Positions 25,101 to 37,700 of a stretch of 64,000 nucleotides of DNA are shown here, piece by piece. Position 1 is the first letter of the stretch, and every line of letters starts with the position of its first letter. Below the pieces are notes generated by a model. That model was not told the origin of the DNA. It worked only from the letters and a program-made list of their open reading frames with translations, and made no database searches. The DNA comes from Tubiluchus corallicola (lineage: Eukaryota; Animalia; Priapulida). The translations under genes were made by a program, and so were the position numbers. Location of the stretch: NCBI GenBank assembly GCA_030141605.1, contig JAQGDQ010000093.1:248001-312000 (forward strand), in the 5' to 3' direction.

Positions 25101-26427
25101 ACATAACAAGAGATCTAATCTCAGTTGAATTCTTCTAGCTCTGTAATGTTGTAATTAAATAATCACAAAACTGGTAACATCCAGTTGAAATGCAGTAGTT
25201 ACACCTGTACAGTGTACAAAGTAGGTAAAACACAAATATTTTCTAACTGTAAAGAGATACAATTAACAGCTTAAGGGTAATTTTAAGAACGAAAGACTAT
25301 ACAAGTTGAACACAATAGATATTTTGCACTGGGTACGTCCAAGGAATCTATAGTTGCCTGTCTCAATCTGTGTTTCTACCAAAGTTCTTTTGCAAAGAAT
25401 ATAATCTTTGACTACCCACCCCTCCCCCCATTCCTTCCAGTGACCTCAAATCCAAGAATAAAGCATCCAGCGGCACCACACTAGGTCGTGACCTTTCTTT
25501 TGATATATGGATCACGTGACAGTAGTCATATGAACTGTAGCCAAGCGAATTACTTATCATATATATCAGAAGTACACCTGGAGAATTAACATGTCAAGCT
25601 ACACTAACTTTAAATATTGAAATAAAGTAGAAAAGTGTGGTATTTTCACCGACTAAACACTTTATTCTCGCTAAATTTCACTTTGCTGATGTTTTGTGGT
25701 TGAAACGTTGACATTGTAAGATCCTTAATGTAAAATGTGAATAAGTTTATCAATAATTCAATTGGTTACCCATTGCCGTTACATTTTGATTCATAAGGAA
25801 TCACAGTTTACAAATCTGACTCAGAGAACTTATGTTAACAATTCCTATACTAAACTCTAAGACACGAATAAAAATCACTGTGAAAAATCAATACTACAAC
25901 AGTACACATAAACTGTAACAAAAATGATGTAACTATCAACAAAAAAGGAAGCTCGAATGAATATACTTGCCAACATACTATTTAAAATTAAGCATAATAA
26001 ACAAAAAAAACAGATATCTACTATCGATCGCGTACAGTTGATGAAATAAAATTGTGAAAACTCTCACATAATTAAATAATCAGCTAAATAAAGAGAATAC
26101 CTTCCAACAATTAAGTCAGATTCTTGCACGTCATCGTGAATAATCACATACATAATGACTAAGTGGTTGCATTGTAACGATTTAGTTTATGCCACAATTT
26201 GAATGCAGCGGATGAGGAGGAGTGACACATTCATTTTAATAGATGCTTAAATTATTGGCAATCTGCCAGCAAATTTTCACTCGTGTATGTTTCACTGTAA
26301 CTGATCGTAGTACATCTAGCTAAATCAGATTTGCGGCATGTTCATTCAACTATTACACTTATCAAAGGTTACTAAAGATACACTTATATGCATTGAATAA
26401 ATCTTTGGACACAATTTTTCACACATA

Positions 26428-26670
26428 AACTAACAATCAAAACACAGAAAGAATCAGAAAGATTGCTCATATGGAAAACTGACATAGGGAACGAATTGCC
26501 ACAAAATTTCACTTTCAAACTATCAATCAAAACAGAAAATCAGAAAGATTTCCCAAATGGAAAACTGACATAGGGAACGAATTGCTACAATATTTCACTT
26601 TCAAACTAACAATCAAACAGAGAATCAGAAAGATTTCCCATATGGAAGACTGACATACCGATCGAATTTC
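26428..26670 (+). repeat. ~86-90 bp tandem repeat, ~2.7 copies
   Basis: Unit aactaacaatcaaa...aatcagaaagatt...atggaaaactgacatagggaacgaatt...tttcactttca repeated. Confidence 0.8.
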
Positions 26671-26941
26671 TTCAGTCCCCATATCAAAATCACAAAAATG
26701 CAAAAATTTAATGTATAACCCCGACTTAAGTACAGTATTGCTAATAAATGCATAAATTATGCAAAAATAAAACTTTAATTAAAAATAAAACAATCTTCGG
26801 ACAGTTTCTGCTGACCTTGCCTTTATTCATAAACATAAACAAAGATAGCAGCGTGTACGTATACACGTGCATATATCATATACAAATATATCATTATAAA
26901 TCTGTAAGATCTTCAAGTAACGACCTCCTCTATATCACAAG

Positions 26942-27558
26942 TACAGTAAGTCCTCGCCCAATATGACTCCCCGTTTAGCGACGTTTCGTTTTAAAGACGA
27001 TGAACATTTGACAACTTTTCCTCACTTAATAACGCACTTCTCATTTTAACAGCGTTTTTTTACTTTGCTTAGTCATTTTTTATTTGATCAACAACAAGTA
27101 CAACATTTACTATAAATTATGCTTTCGCTTCCCAATTTACAACTAAATGATAGTCATTTGTATCGAGTGCAATACAATCTATTCGCGATTTATACGCCTC
27201 CAGGCACCTAAATGCAAACTTTATGTGAGGGAATTTTCCCCGTTTGTGTTCCCATAGCATCAAGATTGGACTATCTAGATGAAATTGTCTCAAGGTTACC
27301 GCAGAGCTTGGCTTTCACTATGTGGTGTTTAACCACTAAATACTGGTAAGAAAAATTGTTTTCAGGCAAGCAGAAAAAAATAATCCGCAGAAATATGAGT
27401 TAACCCATTGAACGTTTAATTTATATGTATAAAGTACATTGATTTTTGCCTCTGTAACGTATCTCAATTTCTTTACCTTACTTTCTACGGAAGTATTGGT
27501 TTCGCTTAACGATGTTTTGCTGGAATGCATTAGCGTCATTAAACGAGGATTTACTGTA
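26942..27558. mobile_element. MITE family F
   Basis: TIR tacagtaagtcctcg/cgaggatttactgta, TA-flanked. Confidence 0.8.
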
Positions 27559-28502
27559 ATAAATTCTCCATCCAAAACTCAAATACTCATCTGCATAAAG
27601 ATACGGTTACACCAACAATCTCATTCATTATAACCTGCTAAGATAGCACCGTGACATAAACTCTCTCACATATAGCATAATAAACCTTCTCACATCTATT
27701 AAAAACACGCTTATCAAAGTATGATGTAACATATTCAATAAATGTCAAAATATATTTGAGTTTAATAAGCATTAAGGAAAACAGTAGTAAATCTTATCTA
27801 GCCATGATCCGAGAACGTCTATGAACAAGATATATACTCGTCATTTTCAAAGTTTATTGATGAGTTTCAGTGGCGGCTCGTAGCTAAAATTAGCAGGGGT
27901 GCTGCTTCAGAAAATTTTTAGCCATTGTTTTAATACTATGTAAAACTCAACAAACATATGTAATTTTAATGTTGTAGTTATATTTGAAAATCGGGTGTTT
28001 AATGGCCTCTTTATTAACTGCAACTTTTTAATTGAGAGACAACTGTGAAAAATTAAGCTGCTGTAGTGCACTTACAGCCACAGAGCTTATTTTTTGGAGA
28101 TGCAAGGCACCCATTATTAAATAATTTATGTTTTAAGCACACGTGCTAAGTTTACACTTTATCACATCCAAGAATATGACGGTACACGGTAAGCACGTGG
28201 CAAATGTTACTGTGTAGGAGACAGTACTTTTCTAGCTAGCAACATGCGCTAGCATACAGCAGTTATCTCAGACATGGGCGCATGGTCGCATACGCACAAC
28301 AGCCAAAAAACACCACATTGCTGTGAAGCAAACTGTACTTCCCTCACGTGCTCCGGTTTCGTACAAGTATAAAAAAAGAACTAAAAAAGAAAGACTTATT
28401 ATATAGAACATTATCGATAATAAAGAGTGAAAACAGGGGGTGCTGCATTACCACAGTACCTATACACAAGCCGCCACTGATCAGTTCAATGCTCTCCTCA
28501 GA

Positions 28503-30998
28503 TTACATCATCTGTATGTTTGGAGGACATACGGGAAGAGGAGGCGGTGGAGTAGAAGGAAAGGGAACAGAAGGCAAAATGGGTGGCGGGGTAGGGGTGA
28601 CTGGATAGTATCCACTGGTAGGTCCAACGAATCCCGGAGGACCTGAAAAGCCACATCCTGCGTTTCGCTCTGCAAGTGTTGTCGCCATAAACTGGGAATC
28701 CAGCGGGTAGGACTTGTCCAGTCGCTGCTGATCAAACTTCGTGGAGGGAACCAAACAGCAGCCGCGTTCGTATGTGTTCAACTTATTCATGTTTATCATG
28801 TACCTCTGTTCTGGTGGCTCTTGAAGAAAGAAAGGTGGTCTCATGTCTTGCTGTGGAGTCACCACTGGTATTCCATCAGGTGCAAGATAAACATAATTGT
28901 TGTTGACCATCGGGACGTAAACAGGCTTTGAGTCGGTCACTCCATCAGTTTCGGGACTCGTGCTGACATCTAGGGGTCCAGCGACCAGCTCGCTGTTCTT
29001 CTCGTAACTGGGACTGCTCCGTTCATTGCTGCTGCTACAGTGTTCATCTGGACTCGCACTACTGCTATCTTCGTGGGCTGGTACGACTGTGGGGTAGCCA
29101 CACGAGGATGCATACCCACAACTCCAGCTGACCGTATGTGTTGACGCAGCAGTGGTCAGCGAACAGGGAGGCTGGAATGCTGTCACTTGTTGTTGCTGTT
29201 GCATCGATGCCGAGACGCGAAAACTCTCGACGCCATAGTTGAAAAAGAAACGCAAAGTTCCGGGATCTGTAAGTGGGAGGTCACTTCCTCGGGGGTCTTT
29301 GGAAGGTTCGATATTGAAGTTCACTGAACTGATATCAACACCAGGAACCACAAGGTAAGGAACATACGGCACATAGGTAACAGGAAGCTGACTTGATGTC
29401 ATCACCTGACACGAAATATCTGAAGAAGGCGGCGCAGACGAACTCAGCAATTGGGGCTCCTGAGGAATGTCACCGCATCTCTGTGCAGGAACTGGTTGGG
29501 GGGAAGAAATGCTGTGAGCACTCCCGTTAAGTGAATGTCTGGAGTCTGGTCTCCCGTAATCTTCCGGTATGTTGTCACTACAATTTACATTCGATTTTGG
29601 AACCCGGCAAGCACTCTCCATGTCAGCGGAAGAGCAACTATGATGACGTGCCCTTGGCTGAGCTTCCCAACTGCTGCGAGAATTTCCTGAGTACCAACGA
29701 GTTTTTGCTTGATATCCTCCTCTATTATAGTTATAATTTCTGTTGCCACGGCCACCACGATAGCCACGATTGAAATTCGTCTGCATTGGACACACGTTCA
29801 TTCCATGCTGGAAGCGCGGATGCGAAAATCCACTGGACACCAGGCCGTTGAATGGCATTGGATAGTAATCTCGAAAACGCTTCTTGAACATTCGCTTGCG
29901 TCCTCTTCCAGAGCCCACTCTTCCCATGGGTATGTAACTTCCGGACATGGTTCTCGCTCCTTGACTCCTCCATGGTGACAACGGTCTAGTGTTAAACGGA
30001 TGTTGCTCCAAACTCTCGTAAGGTACCTCATGTTTGTTACCGGTTTCCTCAACGAAAACTGTGACTGGGCCCTTGTCGGATGCAATCTCCTGGACATGGG
30101 CATGATAAAGAGAGCCTTCCATATGAACCAGAACTTTATCCCCGGGAATGTACTCACTAGTTAGCATCTTCAGCTCCATTTCACGCTCACACTCTCGCAC
30201 TGACTCCAGCCATACGTCAAACTCAACATTGCGGTAGTGGTCAGGATCTAATGACTTTGCCACCTTGTACGGAAGGGGTATATTTTGCGCATGCAATGTC
30301 AACGCTCGTCGCATTTCAGCGTCCCTCTTCACATGCTTAGCCTTATCTTTGTCTTTGACCTCGGTGGATGACTCCAGCTCACTAGAATCGGTATTGACCA
30401 GCACCTCCGGGGAAGGACTGTTCGGTCTGTCGCTATCCACGCTGCAGCAGCTGTCCAGTCTCATTTTCCCTAGTTTACTACGCAGCATATCAACTGCAAT
30501 GGTGATCTCTGCATCTAGATGAAACACACCTCTGTACAGGCACTCGTAAACCAGTGCCTGACAGAAGCCAGAGTGCTCGATAAACGTCTTGGGGTAAATA
30601 CTGTCGTAATGAGTTCCGCTGGAGAAACAAAGGGTCAACGTCTCCTTAAAACAGTTTCCCAGCGCATTGATAGGCGGTTTTCCAATCTCCCTGTAGATAA
30701 TTATGTCTCTTTTGAAAAGCAAAGATATGGCTTTTAATTCCACTATGCTGGCCCATGATTTCTCGTTTTTCATCTGGGAGAGGTACCATTCGAATGGCGC
30801 CTCCACCAGTGATTCGAAAAGCTCCCTGTGCAGTTCGATGAAGCAAATACAGGCATCGCGAACCTCGGAATATCGGCTCTGTGTCAGAAACAACTGTTCA
30901 GAAACGGCCCTGTACAGACACGTTGGGTCTCGAGCCGTAGATTTTCGAAACATGCCAAGAGACGCAAAATAATCGTCCAACACATTTGTGTTAACCAT
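28503..30998 (-). CDS. OTU-domain deubiquitinase with Tudor domain, OTUD4/ALG13/Drosophila Otu family; single coding exon, ~831 aa
   Basis: Acceptor TTTTTTACAG| at 31062, start CACCATGG at 30998. OTU catalytic motifs RDPTCLYRAVSEQL and SSGTHYDSIY; Tudor-like YIPGDKVLV...YHAHVQEIASDKGPVTVFVEETGNKHEVPYESL; family motifs PLPYKVAKSLDPDHYRNVEFDVW and DPRGSDLPLTDPGTLRFFFNYGV; RGG/N-rich tract and Pro-rich tail. Confidence 0.88.
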   Translation of the reverse strand: MVNTNVLDDYFASLGMFRKSTARDPTCLYRAVSEQLFLTQSRYSEVRDACICFIELHRELFESLVEAPFEWYLSQMKNEKSWASIVELKAISLLFKRDIIIYREIGKPPINALGNCFKETLTLCFSSGTHYDSIYPKTFIEHSGFCQALVYECLYRGVFHLDAEITIAVDMLRSKLGKMRLDSCCSVDSDRPNSPSPEVLVNTDSSELESSTEVKDKDKAKHVKRDAEMRRALTLHAQNIPLPYKVAKSLDPDHYRNVEFDVWLESVRECEREMELKMLTSEYIPGDKVLVHMEGSLYHAHVQEIASDKGPVTVFVEETGNKHEVPYESLEQHPFNTRPLSPWRSQGARTMSGSYIPMGRVGSGRGRKRMFKKRFRDYYPMPFNGLVSSGFSHPRFQHGMNVCPMQTNFNRGYRGGRGNRNYNYNRGGYQAKTRWYSGNSRSSWEAQPRARHHSCSSADMESACRVPKSNVNCSDNIPEDYGRPDSRHSLNGSAHSISSPQPVPAQRCGDIPQEPQLLSSSAPPSSDISCQVMTSSQLPVTYVPYVPYLVVPGVDISSVNFNIEPSKDPRGSDLPLTDPGTLRFFFNYGVESFRVSASMQQQQQVTAFQPPCSLTTAASTHTVSWSCGYASSCGYPTVVPAHEDSSSASPDEHCSSSNERSSPSYEKNSELVAGPLDVSTSPETDGVTDSKPVYVPMVNNNYVYLAPDGIPVVTPQQDMRPPFFLQEPPEQRYMINMNKLNTYERGCCLVPSTKFDQQRLDKSYPLDSQFMATTLAERNAGCGFSGPPGFVGPTSGYYPVTPTPPPILPSVPFPSTPPPPLPVCPPNIQMM

Positions 30999-31108
30999 GG
31001 TGAGAAAGTGATTCACTAATTCAAAAACAAAGTTCTGCTTGTAGAGTCTTTCGGATAAAGTCTGTAAAAAACAAATGCAAAGTACCTTGTAAGTCAGGCT
31101 CACGAGAG

Positions 31109-31472
31109 TAGGGGTGAGCATTCTCTACATTAGCAAATTCGAATCGAATTTCTGACTTTCGAACTCAAATCGAACCGATTTTCAGCATTTCAAATTTGAA
31201 TTGAATTCGAATGAATGATTTTCGAACAAGTTTTCAAGCCACCAGTAAAAATTAGCTTCACAAAGATCATGCATATTACTCGACTTTGTTCTGCAGTAAA
31301 ACCACTAATAATTTGTTTAAAAATTCTGCACAGAAATCACAGCTAAATTATGCTAATTACATGAGGTTTCAATTGTTTTAATAATGAAGAACATACGTGA
31401 TTGAAGTGCTGAATTATTCGAATCTATAGTTTTAGGTTCGAATCGAATTCGAATGTATGATGCTCACCCCAA
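31109..31472. mobile_element. hAT-type MITE family D
   Basis: TIR taggggtgagcat; perfect 8-bp TSD cacgagag on both sides. Confidence 0.88.
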
Positions 31473-31896
31473 CACGAGAGTCCAAGACTGCAACCTCGCC
31501 TCAAGGACAAAGATAAAAAGCTTGGCATTTTGATACCTTTGGGCACCTTGACACTTTTTGGATTGTTGATTTCCAATACCGCATCTATCGGAGTTTTTCT
31601 CTTCCAAGCTACAACTCACTCAGGGTTCCCTCCTATCAAACAGTCTCGTTAATAATTGATCGAGGTTATCGATTCTTTTATGGATTAGTAACAGCAAATC
31701 TGCCATTTAGGGAAAGAATAACATGGTGTTGGCAGTGCCTGTCTTTTCAATTATCCAGATGAGCAGAAGTTAGAGCACATTTAAAATTTGTAGATCAACT
31801 AACTGAATCACTGCAGAACTAAAACAACCTTACATGACAGAAAGTATTAAACATAATAAAAATTTGTTACTCTTGTCATAGTTCCTACATCATAAA

Positions 31897-32240
31897 TAGG
31901 GGAGAGCATCGAACGTTCAGAATCGATTTGAACAAGTTTTTCAATTCGAATCTAAAATTATAGATTCAAATAATTCAGCACTTCAACCACATACATTGTT
32001 TTCCCATTAAAATGTTGTTTTCCCATTAGAACGTTTTGAACATCACGCAATTAGCACAATTTAGTAGCGAGAAATAGGGCCTATGCCTAGATCTTTGTAA
32101 AACTGCTTTTTACTGAGCGTGCAAAAACTTGTACGAAAATCTTTCAAACTCGATTCGAATACAAAATACTGAAATTCGCTTTTATTCGAATTCAAAGTCA
32201 CAAAATCGATTCGATTTCTGGTAGAGAATGCTCATGCGTA
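31897..32240. mobile_element. hAT-type MITE family D, opposite orientation
   Basis: Degenerate TIRs; TSD atcataaa/atcataag. Confidence 0.75.
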
Positions 32241-32269
32241 ATCATAAGATATGGGAGTGAATAATGAAT

Positions 32270-32720
32270 ATTAAAATGCATAAAGTTAATTTATACTACT
32301 GCTGCATAGAAATTTTCACGCTATATGTTAGGCGCCACTCACTCGAATATTACGACGTAACTGGACTTCACGAAATTTCATAAACACTTTGTGGCGTTCC
32401 GCAGGCACGCGCTGCTTAAACTAATTCAAACTTCTGCAGCCTCCAGTGAAACATAATCTTCATGCAAAAATATCGCAAAACTAACTATCTAATGCGAATA
32501 CTTATTATACTTTTGATGAAAATGAACAGCGCTCTCACTTTCTTCAGTCAGCACATGATGTTATTTGTGGAAAAATGGGCTTTTAAAGTGGGAGTAGCCC
32601 AAGTATGAAATGATTATCGTCTTAAACTGATTTTTTTTAAATAATGTGATACGCTTATTACCAAATCTTTCTAATCTTTCCAACATTTTTCGCGAACATT
32701 GAATTAAGCCTGACTTTCCA
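32270..32720. repeat. Dispersed repeat family H; copies ~51340-51730 and a split copy ~44195-44530 + 45523-45590
   Basis: Shared gcataa(a/g)gtt...tatacta...gaaatttt start and aacattgaa(a/t)taag...actt end. Confidence 0.6.
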
Positions 32721-34787
32721 GAAGATAATTTGAAAGAAAAACACTACATTTTATTTTTCAAACTATTTTATTTGTGTACTAAATCATTTATAAATTGCGT
32801 ATATAATAAATAGGAGTTTTATGGAATTTTACTTGCACGCCGGGCGACTCTGAAAATCACTAGGAACTAGCATTTTGCAAGTGTGATTTTGATAAGTGGG
32901 GGTGCAGTAGAAGGTACTTCTAAGCATAAAATAGCGGGAGCAATGGTGCACTCGTATGATCGCTGGAGCCCTGGAAAAGGAAAGCATTGATTTTATATTA
33001 ATTAAAGGAAAAGTGGACAATTGCTTAGACTCAATCTCATTTCAATTTACTGTACAAAATATATATTTTCTTGGCTATAAAAGGTAACAATTGTTTCTTA
33101 TATTTGAATAATTATCTTCGAAAGTTAATTACCGATGTTGCTTAAGTCAGAAACTAACCACAGTTTGTGCAATGGTAGGCATCTTCCCTTGTGCGTCAAG
33201 CACGTTTGCATGAGTATTACTGCTCAAACGTGTGATGTCACAAAAATGGGCTCTACGTTAGAAACTAATACTGCAGTTCATGATCATGGTTATCACGGTA
33301 CCGCCTTCTGTTTATCGGCCAAGCGAATGTGACAAAAAGGCGCCGTTGCTAATCTCAGTAGATTCACTGAGCTGCACGTAACTTTGAAAGTTTAGCAAAA
33401 TTTGAGTATCCGAGGTAATTATTATTTAATCTAAGCTTTGATTTAAAAAAATCTATTGCAGTTTTCAATATTTTAGAACATTCCTTATTCTGAACTAATG
33501 TTTTTACACAATCGTCTGGTTTCCTTTAAAATATTTATACACAACTTACATCATTAAAAATAATAAATGGGCAAAAATCATAGCAAATTTCAAATTTGAC
33601 ATGAACACAATTTAGGAATAAACGTCCTGCTATGGTTTAGTTTAAGCTTAGGTTCATGTTTTCTTTTAAATAGCTGATAGTTGTGCATGTACCACACAAC
33701 CTCCATAACTGTATAACAGATTGTCCTAAAATATGTGGCAACTAAAATGCTTACTGTACTGAAGCTATATTTTAACACTTGACAAACTAAACATTAGCAG
33801 TTGGCTTGCTGTAGTTTTAACTTCTGAACTGTAATTTGGAAGTAACAAGCATATATATGTGTGTGTATATATAAGTCTACAGCACAAATGTACAGCATAA
33901 TGTTTATTAGAAAGATATTTTGTCTGCAAAAGTAGAATTTGTAAAATTATAAACTTCACGCTGATATGATGGCTATTTAATACAAAACATTTGTAGGACC
34001 AATACTAGACTACAGTGATGTAATTTGGTGTCTATCCAATTCACTTTTAATTTATTTATCTCGTAAAAAATACTGGTATAATGTTGTGGCAAGTCCACAT
34101 TTCCATATGGTATCCATATCTGCAAAAATGTTGTGACAAGTTGACAACATTGGTGCAATATTGTCGTGCTGCCTGGAATGTTGATTATTGTAATTCTCTT
34201 CTCAGCATGTAAATGTAACTTTATGTATAACTTTACTCTATGTTCTACATGCTATGCAGTGACAATCTGTGGTCCATATCAATTTCATGCACCAATAATT
34301 CGATTGAATACCACTGAATGAATATACCACTACTGTACAGACAATATCTGGTCCATAAAGTTGATTTTTAATAAGATTACAATTGTTTAATCAACATACC
34401 TAATAAGAATGAACAATCACGAAAACTATGCAACAATTAAAAGTTCACATTTAAGGCGAATTTGAACGAAAAGTACAAGTAACAAGTAAGAAAAACTGCA
34501 CGTGCACGTGAACTTGGCTTCTTCAAATAATTTTTCCACGGACGTATGGAAGCTCTAAAGAAGCATACGCCTGAATCGTAAAAAAAAATCTAAAAAGTAA
34601 TTACTTATTTTTATAAAAAGTAACTTAATGCGAAGCTTGAAAGTCCAGCCTAAAAGTATTATCTAAATGTCCTTTTTATTTTGAAAATAACCATGAATCT
34701 GCAGGACTGTTACCAACTGGCTTAAATTTTTTTATTGTTTTACAAATTTACTAATAGATGGCAGCTCCTACTAATAGAATTACAATC

Positions 34788-37700
34788 ATGGCTGCGCCTA
34801 GTATGAGAAGCATATTTTTTACATTAATGCATCGAAAGCCACTAATAACTCATTGCTACAGTACGTCCTTTATTGCGCTTACTTGTTTTTCGTACTAAAG
34901 TTATATTTATTTGTAAACACTTAAATGATCTGTTTGTCTCGTACTTTTAGATAAGTTAAATAAAAATTGGTATGGACGTGGACCCTGACGTACACCGAAC
35001 TTTATAGTTTAATGCAACAAGTAATCATGACTAGTGTTAAAGGAGTTATTCTTTAAATCAGTAAAAAATATAAAGTACTGTTTTGCACAGATTGTAGGAT
35101 GCAGATGCTTAGAAAATTAAACTCTGCGAGCCAGACTGACGTAGTATCACTTCCAAAGCCCCGGTGGCAACTTGTTTCTGCAGTTTGTCTGGAGAGATCA
35201 CCAATTATTTCTGCTGAGCTAAATGAGTTACAACACAAGTACCGTTCTTTGCTGGAACAGCTAGAATTTGAAAGCAGTTTGCTTTCTGACCACGAGATGT
35301 GGCATCAACAGGATCAGTATGTATAAATTCTCCAATCTTTCTTAAAATTGTTATGTTGATTGAGTGTTAAGAGTTAGTGTTGCCATAGGACTGTAACTCT
35401 TTATTTTTTTTATTTACACAAATCCATTGTATCTGAGTAAGATTTGCTGTTGAGCGCTTGATTTCTCCTTCCGAATTGTATAGAAATGGGTCGACCTAAT
35501 GTTTTTGCTCTTCTAATCTTCTTACAGAGAAGCCATGAGGAAGAGACGAGAAGCGAATTACGACGATCAGGATGACGACATTAGCCTGCAAACTGCACAA
35601 GATTTTGAAGATGCGGGGATGGAGAAGCTTCAGAGGTTTACTCCCGCCAGTCGAATAACGGGTGTGTATACTAGTGTGAGCGTAGTGGACCAGATATTAT
35701 GGTTTACTTCATTCTTAAACATAGAAGTAGATTTTTCTTCCCGATGGCTTGAAAAACTTATTGGATTTTTTTTTGTTGCATTGATCATTAAACAAATAGT
35801 AGTCTGAAAAGAGAAGTGAGGCAAGAGAATGAGAGAGAGGGGGGGGGGGAACTGGCAGTAATTGTGCTGCAAAATGTCACTTTATGAGCTTTTGACATAA
35901 CAGTGTTAGAAAAACTTGGTATTTTGTTTAAGTGATTGTTTAATCATTATTATAAATCGCTGTACGAATTCAATGCAGTATTATCACAGTACAGTGTGTA
36001 CTGACAGGAAAAATGGTCACGTGACTGCGTCTTGTTGTGGGCGCGTGAATTAGTAAGTTTTGTCAGTAGGATGGAATGGTTGCGTTTTTAACTCTGACGC
36101 ATCTTTGAATTCGTTTTATGTTTTAAACAGTGTACCAGAAGTAATTGCATTTGTGTGTTTACCGTTTTTTAATTACCATATCATGCCACTCTGTTTAATT
36201 ACCATATCATTACCATTACCATGGGTTTTTGAACTCTCTTATTGTCAGAATTAATTGTCTAATTACCATGCTCTCCACAGCATCTCTGTGCAATGAGGCA
36301 GAGCATTGCAACACAGTGCACAATAAGATGTGATGACGTGTATGTGTCTCTATGATTATCGCTTGACGCTAGCAATTTTGTAGCATGAATGAGTGGTAGT
36401 AACTTTTTCTCTGAAAAAAGATGCTCAGGCTGAATTATTTGTCAGTACTGACTGTTTCAAATTTTGTTTTGTGTTCTAATTTTTGTGAAGCACGATGCTT
36501 GCATGGAGTGAAAATAAAGTTTCATGAAATCACAGCATAATCCATGAATTTTGAAATTTCCCTGTTAACCTCTGTTTAAAGTTTGACTTAAGTGCACAGT
36601 AAGTCCTTGCTCAATGACTCCCCGTTTAGCGACGTTTGGTTTTAATGGCACTGATCATTAGACACCTTTTTCACTTAACAACACCCTGTTTCATTTTAAC
36701 GACGATTTTTTTTACTTTGTTCGAAGACAATTTTTATTTTATCAACAACTTTTTTACCTAATTTGATGCGTACCTAACACATGGCTTATTCTGTTCTAAA
36801 AATGCACTAGTAGTGTAAGCAGTGCAATTATTATACAAGTATACGTTTTTGCTGCCCGACTGACCACTAAATGTTAACCATTTGTATCAATGGAGACCTG
36901 GGAGCAATGAATTTTGCCTGCTACCTGTTGCCATAGTAACCAGACTAGATAAAATTCCCAAGGTCCGTCTTGCACTTGGTTTTGACTCTGCTGCAGTGTT
37001 TATTGTTTAATCGCAGCCTAGTCTTAAATGTTAACGAAAGAGAAACCTGTAGCAGGTTAGAAAAATATATAGGTGGTTTCAAGCAAGCAGAAAGAATTAA
37101 TCAGCAGAAACATGAGTAAAACTCATAAAACATTTAATTTATATGTTTTATGCAGCATTGATTTTTGCCTCTGGGCCGTATCTCGGTTCTTTTACGTAAG
37201 TTTCTATGGAAGTCTTGGCTTCATTTAACAGTGTTTCATTTAGCATCACATTTTGTCAGTACACATTAGCGTCGTTGAGTGAGGATTTGATGTATATAAA
37301 TTCAATTTTGTACCATACGTGTCTTGAATCTGACAATGGTTTAAATCCCATACAGTGTTTGTTGGTATCAGAGTTTAACTCTTTACCTGCAGAACATTGC
37401 TGCGCACGAGTAATATCTAAAAATAGCTTCCTCTTTCAGTTAATCTAAGCATTATTTTCAACTGTGGCTGTTTTTCATTGTTCATCTAGAAGCAGACGAG
37501 AAGAATGACCGGCAGTCACGCCATCGCAAGCTTGACCGCAAACTCTTTCTTGTTGTCAAGCAGAAATTGGGTAATGACGAGCACTGGCTGTTTCCTCAGG
37601 AGACCCATCAGGACAGTTTATCAATGAGACAGGTACGATTTGTCAAGGCTTGACTAGATTAATCATGGAATAAAGCTAATTCATTCATTATATAGTTGAA

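Noticed and set aside
31062-31121. N-terminal extension of the OTU ORF (MLTPTLVS...)
   Set aside because: That ATG lies in a hAT MITE TIR upstream of a splice acceptor; ATG 30998 has a strong Kozak context.
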